Assembly (NCBI GenBank): GCA_964365185.1
Contig: CAYIOP010000002.1
Span: 2,684 to 66,683, forward strand
Source of the DNA: an uncultured Candidatus Saccharibacteria bacterium
Lineage (GTDB): Bacteria; Patescibacteriota; Minisyncoccia; UBA6257; 2-01-FULL-56-20
Direction of reading: 5' to 3'
DNA: 64,000 bases
Positions within the stretch are counted from its first letter, which is position 1. Every line of letters begins with the position of its first letter. The notes under the pieces were generated by a model. The model searched no databases and had not been told where the DNA came from. It saw only the letters and a program-made list of their open reading frames with translations. This document shows positions 6,323 to 16,219 of the stretch, one piece after another. The position numbers and the translations under genes were made by a program.

Positions 6323-8740
6323 TTGTTTTATAAATCCCAAGTGGGCATAATCAAGATTATGCAATTAGTTAAAAAAATTCTTTTTTATCTAGCTGTCGCC
6401 TTTATTATCCTCGGCCTTATTGGAGTTTTTTTATTTTTCTATTTTTCAAAAGATCTACCATCTTTAAACGAAATCACTAACCGTCAAATTCCAGAATCAA
6501 CTAAAATTTACGATCGCACCGGCAAAATTCTTCTTTATGAAATCTCCAATGGCCAGAAAAGAACCGCCGTTCCCATTGACCAAATCCCGCAATCACTAAA
6601 AGACGCAACCGTCGCTATTGAAGATGCCAACTTCTACACTCAACCCGGATTTAGTATTAAAGGCACAATCCGCGCTTTTCTAGTTAATTTAACGAGAGGG
6701 AAAATCGTCCAAGGCGGCTCCACTATCACTCAACAACTCGCCCGCAACGCTTTTCTCTCCGCCGACAAAACCATTGCCCGGAAAATTAAAGAATTTATTT
6801 TAGCCGTGGAACTTAACCGCCACTACTCCAAAGACCAGATTTTAGAATTATATCTAAACGAAATTCCGTACGGACCAACTTTCTATGGCGTCGAATCCGC
6901 CAGCTTGGCCTATTTTAGCAAATCCACGAAAGATCTCACCCTATCTGAAAGCGCTATCTTAACCGCTATTCCTAAAGCCCCCAGCTATTATCAACCGTGG
7001 GGCAATCACCAAAAAGAATTATTGGAAAGGAAAAATTTGGTTTTAAAAAGGATGTTTGAATTAAAAAAAATCACTTCCCAAGAATATGAAAAGGCGCTTA
7101 AAGAAAAAATTGTCTTCTCTCCGCAGGATACTCTGGGTATTAAAGCCCCTCACTTTATTATGTTTATTCAAGATTACCTGGTTCAAAAATACGGCGAAGA
7201 TATGGTTCGAGCTGGCGGCCTTAAGGTCATCACCACTCTCGATTGGACACTTCAAGAATTAGCCGAAAAAGTAATTACCGAAGGCGCCAAGAAAAATGAA
7301 GAGCTTTATCAAGGTAAAAATGCGGCCCTAGTGACCGAAGACCCTAAAACAGGCCAAATTTTAGCTATGGTTGGCTCTAGGGATTATTTTGATGCCGAAA
7401 ATGATGGAAGCTTCAACGTTGCCACTCAAGGCCTGCGTCAACCCGGTAGCGCACTAAAACCCTTTGTCTATCTCGCAGCTTTCAAAAAGGGCTACACTCC
7501 CGATACAGTTCTTTTTGATGTTCCCACTGAATTTGACACCACGAGTCGGCCGGATAAAAGTTATCGGCCTGAAAATTTCGACGGCGTTTTCCGCGGACCG
7601 GTCAATCTCCGTCGAGCCTTATCTCAATCCATCAACATCCCGGCGGTTAAAACTCTTTATCTAGTTGGCCTTTCAAGCGCGCTTGAAACTCTTAAAAATT
7701 TTGGCATCACCACTCTTTCTGATCCTCGACGCTACGGCCTCTCTTTGGTTTTGGGCGGCGGCGAAGTGAAATTAATCGAAATGGTCCAGGCCTACTCCGC
7801 CCTAGCGGCTGACGGAAATCTTCATCCCACTACCGCCATTTTAGAAATTAAAAACAAACAAAACTCGATCTTAGAATCTTACAAAGAAACCGGCAGAGAA
7901 ATATTTGACGCTCAATCGGTTCGAGTTATAAATGACGTCCTCTCTGATGTTGACGCACGATCAGGACTATATAGCGGCAGTTTAAATCTCACGCTTGTTC
8001 CCGGTCACGACATTGCTCTTAAAACCGGTACCTCAAACGACTACCGCGATGCTTGGGTTTTCGGCTACACGCCAACCTTAATTACTGGCATTTGGGCAGG
8101 CAACAACAACAACACTCCCATGCAACGCCACGGTTCAAGTATTTTAGCCGCTCTCCCTATCTGGCACGCCTTTATGAGTGAAGCTCTAAAAGACAAAGAG
8201 GTTGAAGCTTTCTCTCGACCAGAACAAAGCACGCCGACCAAACCTATTCTCGCCGGAGATTATTTAGCCAGCAACCAAATCCACACCATCCTTTATTATG
8301 TCGATCGCAATGATCCCGCTGGTCCTTACCCTCTAAATCCCGAAGCTGATTCTCAATTTAGCAACTGGGAATCTCCAGTTCTTGATTGGGCTAAAAAAAA
8401 TCTGCCTAATTTCAATGCTTTAAATCAGCCCGATGGTCTACCAACTCAAAATTTAACTCCGACCGGCAACATCAAAATCAATATCGAAAAACCCAAACCA
8501 GGGGAGTTTGTAGATAACTTTATTGAAATCAAGGCCTCGCTCAAAAGCTCTTCCGACATCACCGAAATTAATCTTTATTTAAATCATCTTTTGGTTCAAA
8601 AATTCACCCAAAATTTCGGCACCAACTATGGATTCAGTTGGCAATTTTCTCCATCCAATCTCGAACCTCAAAGTATTTTAGAGATCGAAGCTAAAACCCA
8701 AAATCAACAAAATAAAACCAGCGTAATTATCTATCACTAA
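6323..8740 (+). CDS. Class A penicillin-binding protein (PBP1A family) with C-terminal Ig-like domain; true start probably ATG 6359
   Basis: GT51 motifs AIEDANFY, GGSTITQQL, RKIKE, ILELYLN; transpeptidase motifs SALK, SIN, KTGT. Confidence 0.95.
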   Translation: MFYKSQVGIIKIMQLVKKILFYLAVAFIILGLIGVFLFFYFSKDLPSLNEITNRQIPESTKIYDRTGKILLYEISNGQKRTAVPIDQIPQSLKDATVAIEDANFYTQPGFSIKGTIRAFLVNLTRGKIVQGGSTITQQLARNAFLSADKTIARKIKEFILAVELNRHYSKDQILELYLNEIPYGPTFYGVESASLAYFSKSTKDLTLSESAILTAIPKAPSYYQPWGNHQKELLERKNLVLKRMFELKKITSQEYEKALKEKIVFSPQDTLGIKAPHFIMFIQDYLVQKYGEDMVRAGGLKVITTLDWTLQELAEKVITEGAKKNEELYQGKNAALVTEDPKTGQILAMVGSRDYFDAENDGSFNVATQGLRQPGSALKPFVYLAAFKKGYTPDTVLFDVPTEFDTTSRPDKSYRPENFDGVFRGPVNLRRALSQSINIPAVKTLYLVGLSSALETLKNFGITTLSDPRRYGLSLVLGGGEVKLIEMVQAYSALAADGNLHPTTAILEIKNKQNSILESYKETGREIFDAQSVRVINDVLSDVDARSGLYSGSLNLTLVPGHDIALKTGTSNDYRDAWVFGYTPTLITGIWAGNNNNTPMQRHGSSILAALPIWHAFMSEALKDKEVEAFSRPEQSTPTKPILAGDYLASNQIHTILYYVDRNDPAGPYPLNPEADSQFSNWESPVLDWAKKNLPNFNALNQPDGLPTQNLTPTGNIKINIEKPKPGEFVDNFIEIKASLKSSSDITEINLYLNHLLVQKFTQNFGTNYGFSWQFSPSNLEPQSILEIEAKTQNQQNKTSVIIYH

Positions 8741-8845
8741 ACCATCCTACTTGGGACTTATTGATAATTGCGAATTGATAATTGGTAATTGGAATTTTAT
8801 TACCCTCATTCCTATTCACCTGCAACCTAACACCCATCACCTCAC

Positions 8846-9961
8846 TTACGCCTTTAGTATCGGCATCAAAATATAAAAATAAGAGGCCTCATTAAGCGAT
8901 TTGATAAGCGAGGGCTTATTGTCTTGCTCGTTAACTCCCAAAAAAATTTCTTCACCTCCCAAAACTTTAAGTCCTTCCAGTAAATATCGCCAATTAAATC
9001 CCACCTCACCAAAATTTTTCTGAATTTTAGCTGGCAAAAAATACCGATTCTCGCCCACCTCACGATTAGCTGAAAAAATCTCAATCGCCTTTCCTCCTTC
9101 CGCTGATTTAAATCTAATTTCATTGGTCTGCCCGCTAAAAATTCCGGCCAGTTTTAAAGCATTTATTAATCCTTCTTTTTCCACTGTTATTTCCGCGTCA
9201 AATTTTTTCGGCAAAATACCAGAATAATCAGGAAAATTGCCGTCGGTTAGCCGAGAAATAAATTCCCAATTGCCGGTCTTAAATAAAACTTGGTTTTGAT
9301 CGTGATAAATAGAAAGTTTGTCCTGATCCTTTAAAATTCTTGCCAATTCTTGGGCCGCACGAAGTGGTATTAAAAAATTAAAATTTTGAGAATGATTAGA
9401 TTTGAATTGGTTAGATCCAATTGTCTTTTCCGCCAACCGGAAACTGTCCGTGCCGACTATTTTTAAATTATTTAAAGAAAAATTGAAAATAATATTGTTT
9501 AATTCGGTTCTCAAGTCCGAAAATTGAGTGGCTGCCAAAACCTGAGTCAGGGCTTCTTTAAAAATCCCGGCCTCAAGCTCTAAAAAGTCTTCCTCGTTTT
9601 TTATTTTAGGGATAATTGGAAAATCTTCCGCCGGAAAAACTTGAGTTAAGGCCTCGTAATTGTCGGTTTTGACCTCAAATTGACTGCCTTTTTTTTCTAA
9701 ATTCAATCTTTCGCTCTGAAGATTATTAATCAGATTTAAAAAAGTGCTTAGTGGAATATTTATTTTTCCTTTCTCAATTATTTTTCCAGAAAGATAATAG
9801 CTAATCGCCAACTCTAAATTAGTTGTAATTAATTTTATTTTATCAGCTTGAGCTTCAATTTGGACACATTTTAAAATCGGCAGATTTAAATTTTCTCCGC
9901 TAGCCCTTCCGACAATATCTAACCCTTCTTTTAAATTAGTTCGCATTGTTATCAACTTCAT
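8846..9961 (-). CDS. dnaN: DNA polymerase III beta sliding clamp
   Basis: TTNLE, FPIIP, GTDSFRLA, SRLTDGNFPDY, ILMPI; downstream of dnaA. Confidence 0.97.
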   Translation of the reverse strand: MKLITMRTNLKEGLDIVGRASGENLNLPILKCVQIEAQADKIKLITTNLELAISYYLSGKIIEKGKINIPLSTFLNLINNLQSERLNLEKKGSQFEVKTDNYEALTQVFPAEDFPIIPKIKNEEDFLELEAGIFKEALTQVLAATQFSDLRTELNNIIFNFSLNNLKIVGTDSFRLAEKTIGSNQFKSNHSQNFNFLIPLRAAQELARILKDQDKLSIYHDQNQVLFKTGNWEFISRLTDGNFPDYSGILPKKFDAEITVEKEGLINALKLAGIFSGQTNEIRFKSAEGGKAIEIFSANREVGENRYFLPAKIQKNFGEVGFNWRYLLEGLKVLGGEEIFLGVNEQDNKPSLIKSLNEASYFYILMPILKA

Positions 9962-10122
9962 AATTATAATAATTAATTAATTAAATTACTGATGTTATTA
10001 ATTGCACAATTCTGGGGAAAACTAAAAATTATTTTTTAAAACTTAATTAATCAAATGTTTTTCCCGCCGCCAATTTATTTTTTTCTCGCGTCGCCAGTTT
10101 AATAGCTGTGGGTAAGGTGGGG
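9962..10122. promoter_or_regulatory. Putative oriC element (dnaA-dnaN intergenic region)
   Basis: AT-only run TAATTATAATAATTAATTAATTAAATTA at about 9961-9988; degenerate DnaA boxes TGGGGAAAA (10013-10021) and TGTGGGTAA (10107-10115); canonical position. Confidence 0.6.
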
Positions 10123-11490
10123 CTACTTATTATTAAGGAGCGACTCCTTAATCATGATAATTTTTTGATTAAACGGAGAATTCTTATTAATTTCCTGGTT
10201 TATTTTCTCAAAAGAGTGAATTACGGTTGTGTGGTCTCTTTTTAACTTTTCCCCAATGTATGGGTAGGACATCCTCAGGATTTCCCGAAGTAAGTACATT
10301 GCCACTTGTCTTGGCTCAACCATTTCCTTTTTTCGCGACCTACTGACCAAATCCGGCAATTGAATGGCATAAAAATCTGCCACCGCTTTTAAAATTTGAT
10401 CATCAGTAATTCGGCCAAAGAAATTTTGAGTTGTTTTTTCTATAATTTCTTCCACTACTTTCTTGTCGATCTCTCCACCCTTACTGTCTTGATAAAACAC
10501 AAGCTTATTTACCACCCCCTCTAATTCTCTAATATTTCTCTGGATAGAATGAGCCACTAAATCAATTACTCCCTCCGGCAATTGCCGATTTGCGGCTTGC
10601 AAACGATTTTTTATAATTGCCACCCTCATCTCGTAATCAGGATAACTAATATCCACCGTTAGCCCTCCGTCAAACCTCGACCTTAGCCGTTCTTCAAGGG
10701 TTGGGATTGATTGCGGCGGCCGGTCTGAAGAAATAATGATTTGTTTGTTGTTTTCGTAGAGCGCGTTAAAAGTATGAAAAAATTCTTCCTCGGTTTTTTC
10801 TTTGCCTCCGATAAATTGAATATCGTCGATAATGAGCACGTCGCAATCTCGGTATTTTTTCTTGATATCCTCCATTCTTTTATTGCGTATCGCCCACACC
10901 ACATCGCTGGTAAATTTCTCCGAAGAAACATATCTCGACCTAAGTTTGCCGCCATATTTAAATTTGATTTCATTGCCCAGCGCCTGAAGCAAATGGGTCT
11001 TACCCAGGCCCACTCCGCCATAAATAAAAAAAGGATTATATTTTGAACCCACCTCTTGGATAATCGCCAAGGCGGCCGCATGAGCCAATTCATTTGAGGA
11101 TCCCACCACAAAAGAATCTAAAGTATAACGAGGATTAAGATTTGTCTCGGGATCTACTCTTACTAAATCCAAACCCGCCTGGCTTTCTAGCCGGCCCATA
11201 TCCACGCTAATTTCCAAAGAAGATTTTTTGTTTAGCTTGGGTTCGTGATTAGTAACAATAAATTCCAGTTTTTTGGCTGAGCTATCAAAATTTCTTAAGA
11301 TTCCTAAGATATTTTTTTCGTATTTATTCTCCACCCATTCCTTAGCAAAGTTATTAGGTAGGGCAATATAAAAAATTCCCTCCTTCTGATCCACTAGTTG
11401 GCTATTCTTGAGCCAAGTCACAAAGTTAGCTCTTGAAAGCTGGATCTCCATCTCACTTAAAGTTTGTTGCCAAAGTTGATTTAGATCCAT
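10123..11490 (-). CDS. dnaA: Chromosomal replication initiator DnaA
   Basis: NPFFIYGGVGLGKTHL, LIIDDIQF, EEFFHTFN, RLRSRF, NIRELEG, RDHTTV. Confidence 0.99.
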   Translation of the reverse strand: MDLNQLWQQTLSEMEIQLSRANFVTWLKNSQLVDQKEGIFYIALPNNFAKEWVENKYEKNILGILRNFDSSAKKLEFIVTNHEPKLNKKSSLEISVDMGRLESQAGLDLVRVDPETNLNPRYTLDSFVVGSSNELAHAAALAIIQEVGSKYNPFFIYGGVGLGKTHLLQALGNEIKFKYGGKLRSRYVSSEKFTSDVVWAIRNKRMEDIKKKYRDCDVLIIDDIQFIGGKEKTEEEFFHTFNALYENNKQIIISSDRPPQSIPTLEERLRSRFDGGLTVDISYPDYEMRVAIIKNRLQAANRQLPEGVIDLVAHSIQRNIRELEGVVNKLVFYQDSKGGEIDKKVVEEIIEKTTQNFFGRITDDQILKAVADFYAIQLPDLVSRSRKKEMVEPRQVAMYLLREILRMSYPYIGEKLKRDHTTVIHSFEKINQEINKNSPFNQKIIMIKESLLNNK

Positions 11491-11639
11491 CTAGCTTATT
11501 CTAGTTATAAAAACTTTTAAGTCAAAAGACCCATTTCCGGATAATTGGGGACTATCTGTTGAAAACTCATTTTTTATCTTGGTGGACGAAAATAAAATTT
11601 GCCACTCCTGCTTTTCTATGCTAAAATTTTCACAATCTT

Positions 11640-11780
11640 ATGTCGCGAACTTATCAACCTAAAAAAAGGAAAAGAGCGAAAGCTCATGGATTTAGATCTC
11701 GGCAAAAAAGCGCTGGCGGTCGCCGAGTCCTAAGCCGCCGAAGAGCAAAAAGCCGTCGGAAACTTACCGTTTCTAAGTAA
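11640..11780 (+). CDS. rpmH: 50S ribosomal protein L34
   Basis: Not in the ORF track; manual translation [46 protein letters not shown]. Confidence 0.97.
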   Translation: MSRTYQPKKRKRAKAHGFRSRQKSAGGRRVLSRRRAKSRRKLTVSK

Positions 11781-11795
11781 AAAGTCATATTTTCT

Positions 11796-12128
11796 ATGAT
11801 TCCTAAGAAGCTTCGCCTTCCCAAGGACCAGTTTTTCAAAAAAAATAACGGCGTTACCACTCCTATCTGTGTTATTAAATTCAAAGCCAATTCTTTGGGC
11901 CACAATCGCTTTGCGGTGGTGGTTTCCTCCAAAGTCGAAGCGAAGTCCACTCTTCGCCACCTCATCAAGCGCCGCTTCTTTGCTGTTTTAAAAAGCTGGC
12001 CTAATCTGGGTCTAGACCTTATAATTATAGCCCTGCCCGAAGTTAAAAATTTTTCTTTCGCCGACATTAAAATTAAAATTCTTGAATCAATTCCCAAAAT
12101 AAAAATAAAAAATGGGCCATCTTTTTAA
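11796..12128 (+). CDS. rnpA: Ribonuclease P protein component
   Basis: RFAVVVSSKV...STLRHLIKRR (RNR-like motif); rpmH-rnpA-yidC synteny. Confidence 0.9.
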   Translation: MIPKKLRLPKDQFFKKNNGVTTPICVIKFKANSLGHNRFAVVVSSKVEAKSTLRHLIKRRFFAVLKSWPNLGLDLIIIALPEVKNFSFADIKIKILESIPKIKIKNGPSF

Positions 12129-12870
12129 TTTAATTCTTGTTGAGCCGCTGCTTAATATCCTCGTCTTTCTTTATAAAACCATTGCTTTGGGGGATTTTGG
12201 GCTGGCGATCATTTACCTCACCATCCTAATTCGACTGCTCCTTTTCCCTGTTTTTAGTAAAAGCGCGATTCATCAGCGCGAGATGCAAAAAATCCAGCCC
12301 AAGCTAAAGAAAGTTCAGGAACAGCACAAAAATGATCGCGCCAAGCAGGCCGAAGCCATGATGGCGCTATATAAAGAGCACAAAGTAAACCCTCTTTCTA
12401 GTTTTTTCTGGTTGCTTATTCAAATTCCGGTTTTTATTGCTCTCTACCAGGTTTTTTCAAAAAGCTTAACCCTCGATTCTCTAAGCGGTCTTTATTCTTT
12501 TATCACTCCCCCCGCCTCCCTTGATTATTCGTTCTTGGGCTTGATTAATCTTACAAAAAGTAATATTTTAATAATTGGCTTAGCCGCCATAGCTCAATAT
12601 TTTCAAGGCCGGTTGTCTCTCCCTAAGGTTGATCCCAGCCAAACCTTGTCGTCCGCCGAAAAAATGAGCCGAAGTATGGTTTTTTTAGGCCCCGCCCTAA
12701 CCATCTTTGTTTTATTTAATTTCCCCTCTGCCCTAGGCCTTTTCTGGCTTACCACCTCGCTTTTTTCAATCGGCCAGCAATTCGTTATTAATCATCGCGA
12801 CCATGGAAAATTGGACCAACTTCGTACAAATAACCCTCCAAAAGATGGGGTTCAAGGACTTCCGAGTTGA
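12112..12870 (+). CDS. yidC: Membrane protein insertase YidC/Oxa1
   Basis: GLAIIYLTILIRLLLFP, MQKIQPKL, LYKEHKVNP, IQIPVFIALY, PSALGLFW. Confidence 0.95.
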   Translation: MGHLFNLILVEPLLNILVFLYKTIALGDFGLAIIYLTILIRLLLFPVFSKSAIHQREMQKIQPKLKKVQEQHKNDRAKQAEAMMALYKEHKVNPLSSFFWLLIQIPVFIALYQVFSKSLTLDSLSGLYSFITPPASLDYSFLGLINLTKSNILIIGLAAIAQYFQGRLSLPKVDPSQTLSSAEKMSRSMVFLGPALTIFVLFNFPSALGLFWLTTSLFSIGQQFVINHRDHGKLDQLRTNNPPKDGVQGLPS

Positions 12871-13240
12871 TATAGATCCCGATCGCAATCGCGGCCTGGT
12901 TTTTATTTACGACAATCCTATCTTAGTTAAAGAAAATTTGCCGGTCATCGTTGAAAGTGTCAACCACCTAATTCAGATGGTTTCCAAAAAAGAAGGTTCC
13001 TCTTCCATCTTTTTTGATTTTAATAATTACCACCAAGAACGGGAAAATTTAATAGGCGAGCTTGCCAAAGCCGCCGCTAAAAAGGTTTTAGTCACCGGCG
13101 AAGACATTTCTCTCCCCGCCATGAATTCCTATGAACGCCGGCTGGTTCACTTAGCGCTCGCCATTCATCCTGATGTAAAAACTGAAAGCGCCGGCGAAGC
13201 TCGCGACCGTCACGTTATCATCAAAAAAATCGCAGAGTAA
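12803..13240 (+). CDS. jag: Jag/KhpB-like R3H RNA-binding protein
   Basis: LPAMNSYERRLVHLAL R3H motif, TESAGE; follows yidC. Confidence 0.85.
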   Translation: MENWTNFVQITLQKMGFKDFRVDIDPDRNRGLVFIYDNPILVKENLPVIVESVNHLIQMVSKKEGSSSIFFDFNNYHQERENLIGELAKAAAKKVLVTGEDISLPAMNSYERRLVHLALAIHPDVKTESAGEARDRHVIIKKIAE

Positions 13241-13267
13241 TAAAATTTCTGGGCAAATGCGATCGTT

Positions 13268-14410
13268 TTATTTCAAACCAAAAGAATAGAGTTTGTTGTC
13301 GTAGCGATTAATAAAGAAAATTTCACTTTCCGTTTTTTGGGGATTGATCATATCTAAGCCCTCGCCATCAAAAATTTTTTTAATTTCTCCGTCGCTCAAC
13401 TTAATTTTATAAAAAGCGTCATTCGAAAAGAAATTCTTTTTTAAATAATCATCCGGTAATCTAAATTGGGAGAAAGCTGTTTGGTCGCGATGGATGGCGC
13501 AATTTAAAAATTCAATCGCCACTTTTTTAGTACTGGTTTCGCTGCCGGTCTCCGCGCTAAAAAAACATTTTGAAGGCAAAGTGCTCCAAGCCAGTTTTTT
13601 AGCCCAATTCGCTTTTTGGTCCATTACTTCCAAGCGCCCCTCTTCCAATTTTAAAAATTTATTTCCCTTGTCGTCAAAAATCAACTCTAATCCTTTTTTA
13701 TTTCTCATCCAGAGTGTCAGGTTTCGGCTGGTTAAATTAAATTTCCAAATAGAACTCTCAAGCTCCGCGCTACTCGGCTCAATTAACAATAATTCGTCGG
13801 TCTTAACCCAATTTAAATCTATATCTTGAAGCTGGATCTTTAAAATTTCTCGAGGCGTTGATCTAGCGCTCGCTAAGTCCAGCGTCCCCAGAGATCCTCC
13901 GTTTTTCTCGGAAAAATAAGCGATGCGGTTGTCCAAGGGTGACCAATCCGCGGCTTTGATTCCTACGTCAAGTGGCCGCCAGGTTTTTTTCTCGGTGTCA
14001 AAAACGCTCCACTGAATTTTCTCCCACCCCTTCCCGAATTTAACCAACACCTTTTTCCCGTCCCAAGAAAATTTGGCTAAGGCCAAATCTTGAACTACGA
14101 CCGAGCTTAATGTTTGCTCTTCGTCTTTTAAAATTTTGGAAATCTGTCCATCCGGATGAACCACAATTATCGTCCCGTCTTTTTGGATAAAATAATTTAA
14201 GACCAAATCTTGGCTGATTAATTTAGTATTCTTGGTTAATTCTCCCAAACCCCCTCCGCCATTAACTTCTTCTTCGTTTGGCAAAATTAGCTCTTCTCCA
14301 TTGCCGCTTCCTTCTTGGTTGGGTTGTTTTTGTCGAATTAAATATCCAGCGACAAGCAAGATAGCTGCCGCAACCACCACCGAACCAATAATTAAATAAC
14401 GCTTCATCAT
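13268..14410 (-). CDS. Membrane-anchored beta-propeller-like protein (T4SS-like operon)
   Basis: N-terminal TM; TolB-like blades FSWDGKKV and WSPLDNRIAY. Confidence 0.65.
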   Translation of the reverse strand: MMKRYLIIGSVVVAAAILLVAGYLIRQKQPNQEGSGNGEELILPNEEEVNGGGGLGELTKNTKLISQDLVLNYFIQKDGTIIVVHPDGQISKILKDEEQTLSSVVVQDLALAKFSWDGKKVLVKFGKGWEKIQWSVFDTEKKTWRPLDVGIKAADWSPLDNRIAYFSEKNGGSLGTLDLASARSTPREILKIQLQDIDLNWVKTDELLLIEPSSAELESSIWKFNLTSRNLTLWMRNKKGLELIFDDKGNKFLKLEEGRLEVMDQKANWAKKLAWSTLPSKCFFSAETGSETSTKKVAIEFLNCAIHRDQTAFSQFRLPDDYLKKNFFSNDAFYKIKLSDGEIKKIFDGEGLDMINPQKTESEIFFINRYDNKLYSFGLK

Positions 14411-14420
14411 TAATGAGTTA

Positions 14421-15317
14421 TTAATTTTTGCAATTAGTTATATCGCTTGGCAACAGGGGCAAACAAACACTGCTACTACAGGTATCAATTATATCGCTAC
14501 AACTATTTGAATTACTGCAAAGCAATTTGTACCCGGTCGGCTGACTTGAATCGTTTTGAGTGCAGCCAAATTTAGTTGCTCCGCCGCCTCCGCCAGTGGG
14601 GCCGCCCAAGCTGTAGCAACTGCCACCATTGCAATAGCCGCCCCCGTTATTTTCCATCGATTCATTGCATGATTGAGGGTTTAACCCAGCCGGACAATTG
14701 CCGTCTGGTATTATGCAATTTCCAGCCGAACAAACTTGTCCTAGTCCGCTGCAATTAGCCGACTCAAAACAACTTCCCGGCTCAACGCAGATATTATTAG
14801 GCGCGCAAATCAACCCTTCGTTGCAAGGGATAGCGGGCGTGCTGGTGCTCTGGATGCATATTCCTCCGACCGTGCCCGGCGGAATGCCCGGCAAAATTAC
14901 ATTTTTCCCCGTAATTTTTTTTAGTGTCGGAAGTTTTAGCTGGGTTAATTTTGGATTAATCGTGTTTAATACAACAAACGCGCCCGCCAAAAGCAAAAGT
15001 CCCAAAAGCGCCTGCTTGATTCGGTCTTTAGCATCTCCCTTGCGCGAAGGATTATCTGCCGAGAGCGTGTATTCAATACCTCCCCAAATCACCACCACAA
15101 AAGCCAGTAGCCCGCCCATCAGCAAGGCGTATTGATAAAGATTGCTGATGAGCCCAGCTGGGTCAGGATTTTTTTGGCTGGCTGGAATTGAGCCGGGAAT
15201 ATTGGGATTAATTTGCGCCGGATCAATCGTTGTTTCATCTGCCTGCGCCAAAGAAATCATCATCCCTCCTACTAATATTATCCCCGCCAATATCAAAAAA
15301 AATTTATAGTGCCTCAT
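14421..15317 (-). CDS. CPR-type T4SS pilin (TrbC/VirB2-like) with Cys-rich C-terminal domain
   Basis: Signal peptide ending AQA; two-TM pilin core GGLLAFVVVIWGGIEY...AKDRIKQALLGLLL...LNTINP; 18 Cys in the C-terminal half. Confidence 0.8.
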   Translation of the reverse strand: MRHYKFFLILAGIILVGGMMISLAQADETTIDPAQINPNIPGSIPASQKNPDPAGLISNLYQYALLMGGLLAFVVVIWGGIEYTLSADNPSRKGDAKDRIKQALLGLLLLAGAFVVLNTINPKLTQLKLPTLKKITGKNVILPGIPPGTVGGICIQSTSTPAIPCNEGLICAPNNICVEPGSCFESANCSGLGQVCSAGNCIIPDGNCPAGLNPQSCNESMENNGGGYCNGGSCYSLGGPTGGGGGATKFGCTQNDSSQPTGYKLLCSNSNSCSDIIDTCSSSVCLPLLPSDITNCKN

Positions 15318-15322
15318 TAATT

Positions 15323-16033
15323 TTATTTTACAAAAGTTAATTTAATTTCCCGCGACGCCCGTTCGGTAAATTTTCTGGGATTTGAGACATTTAAAGTTGT
15401 TTTTAATTCAAAATTCGGCGCCACCTCTTGGTTTAAAACAACACTTAATTGATTTGATTTTTCGTTTTTTGCCGCTGGTCGGTCGTTAACTTTCCAAGAA
15501 AATTCAAGCTCCCCTTCGTTCTGAACGTTAAAAAAATACGGCTTAGCTAAAATTTGAATTCCTCGGTTTGAAAATTTATTTTCAAAAAACGGAGCAATTA
15601 GCGTCACCTCTGGCCTCACCGAGGGAATTAAAATGTTTTTAATAAGCATCCGCCCCTTATAATCTAGAATTTTAATTCTTAATTCCTGTTCTCCTGTCCC
15701 CACTACTCTAAAAGATGTCTTTTGGATGCCCACTCCGGTTTTAATCAAATCATCATTTAAATACCAGTAAATTTCGTTTTTAGAAAGGTTAACCAATCTT
15801 CCCGCATCAATTATTTCAAAGGCCGCTGAAATCAGCGAAGAATCAGTCGGCAAAATCTTGCCGGTAAATTCCGCTGGCGCGTAAGTATTAGCTCTCCAGG
15901 TGATTAAAAAATCTGGCTCCTTGGTCTGCGCCCGGGCTGTCAGGCCAAAAATTATTGCCAGCACCATTCCTAAAAACAGAATTATTACCCCGAATTTTAT
16001 CAGTTGTGGCCTATTGAATCCTATAAAAATCAT
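15323..16033 (-). CDS. Exported beta-rich (Ig-like) hypothetical protein
   Basis: Signal peptide ending ARA; IYWYLND and FSWKVND Ig/PKD-like motifs. Confidence 0.65.
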   Translation of the reverse strand: MIFIGFNRPQLIKFGVIILFLGMVLAIIFGLTARAQTKEPDFLITWRANTYAPAEFTGKILPTDSSLISAAFEIIDAGRLVNLSKNEIYWYLNDDLIKTGVGIQKTSFRVVGTGEQELRIKILDYKGRMLIKNILIPSVRPEVTLIAPFFENKFSNRGIQILAKPYFFNVQNEGELEFSWKVNDRPAAKNEKSNQLSVVLNQEVAPNFELKTTLNVSNPRKFTERASREIKLTFVK

Positions 16034-16219
16034 TTTAACTTTTTAATTATACCAGCTTTCTTCTTTGTTTCTAAACTGATAATTATCCACCATACTCCCT
16101 TCTGTTTTTGAAAATTGGGCATTGCTTACCCGCCGAAATCTTGATGAAGGCGGGATAATTGAAAATTTCTATCGTTTCTCCGTTGTATTACCACTGTATT
16201 TCTATGGCCTCTCTATTTT

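Noticed and set aside
11491-11639. oriC in the dnaA-rpmH intergenic region
   Set aside because: Only weak DnaA-box-like 9-mers (e.g. TGTTGAAAA) and no clear AT-rich unwinding tract; may be part of a bipartite origin but is not supportable alone.
11684-12097. 137-aa minus-strand ORF over rpmH-rnpA, and similar antisense or nested ORFs in the track (e.g. 2151-2474, 14698-15135, 50412-50819, 61665-62240)
   Set aside because: Shadow frames of well-supported genes with no recognisable motifs.
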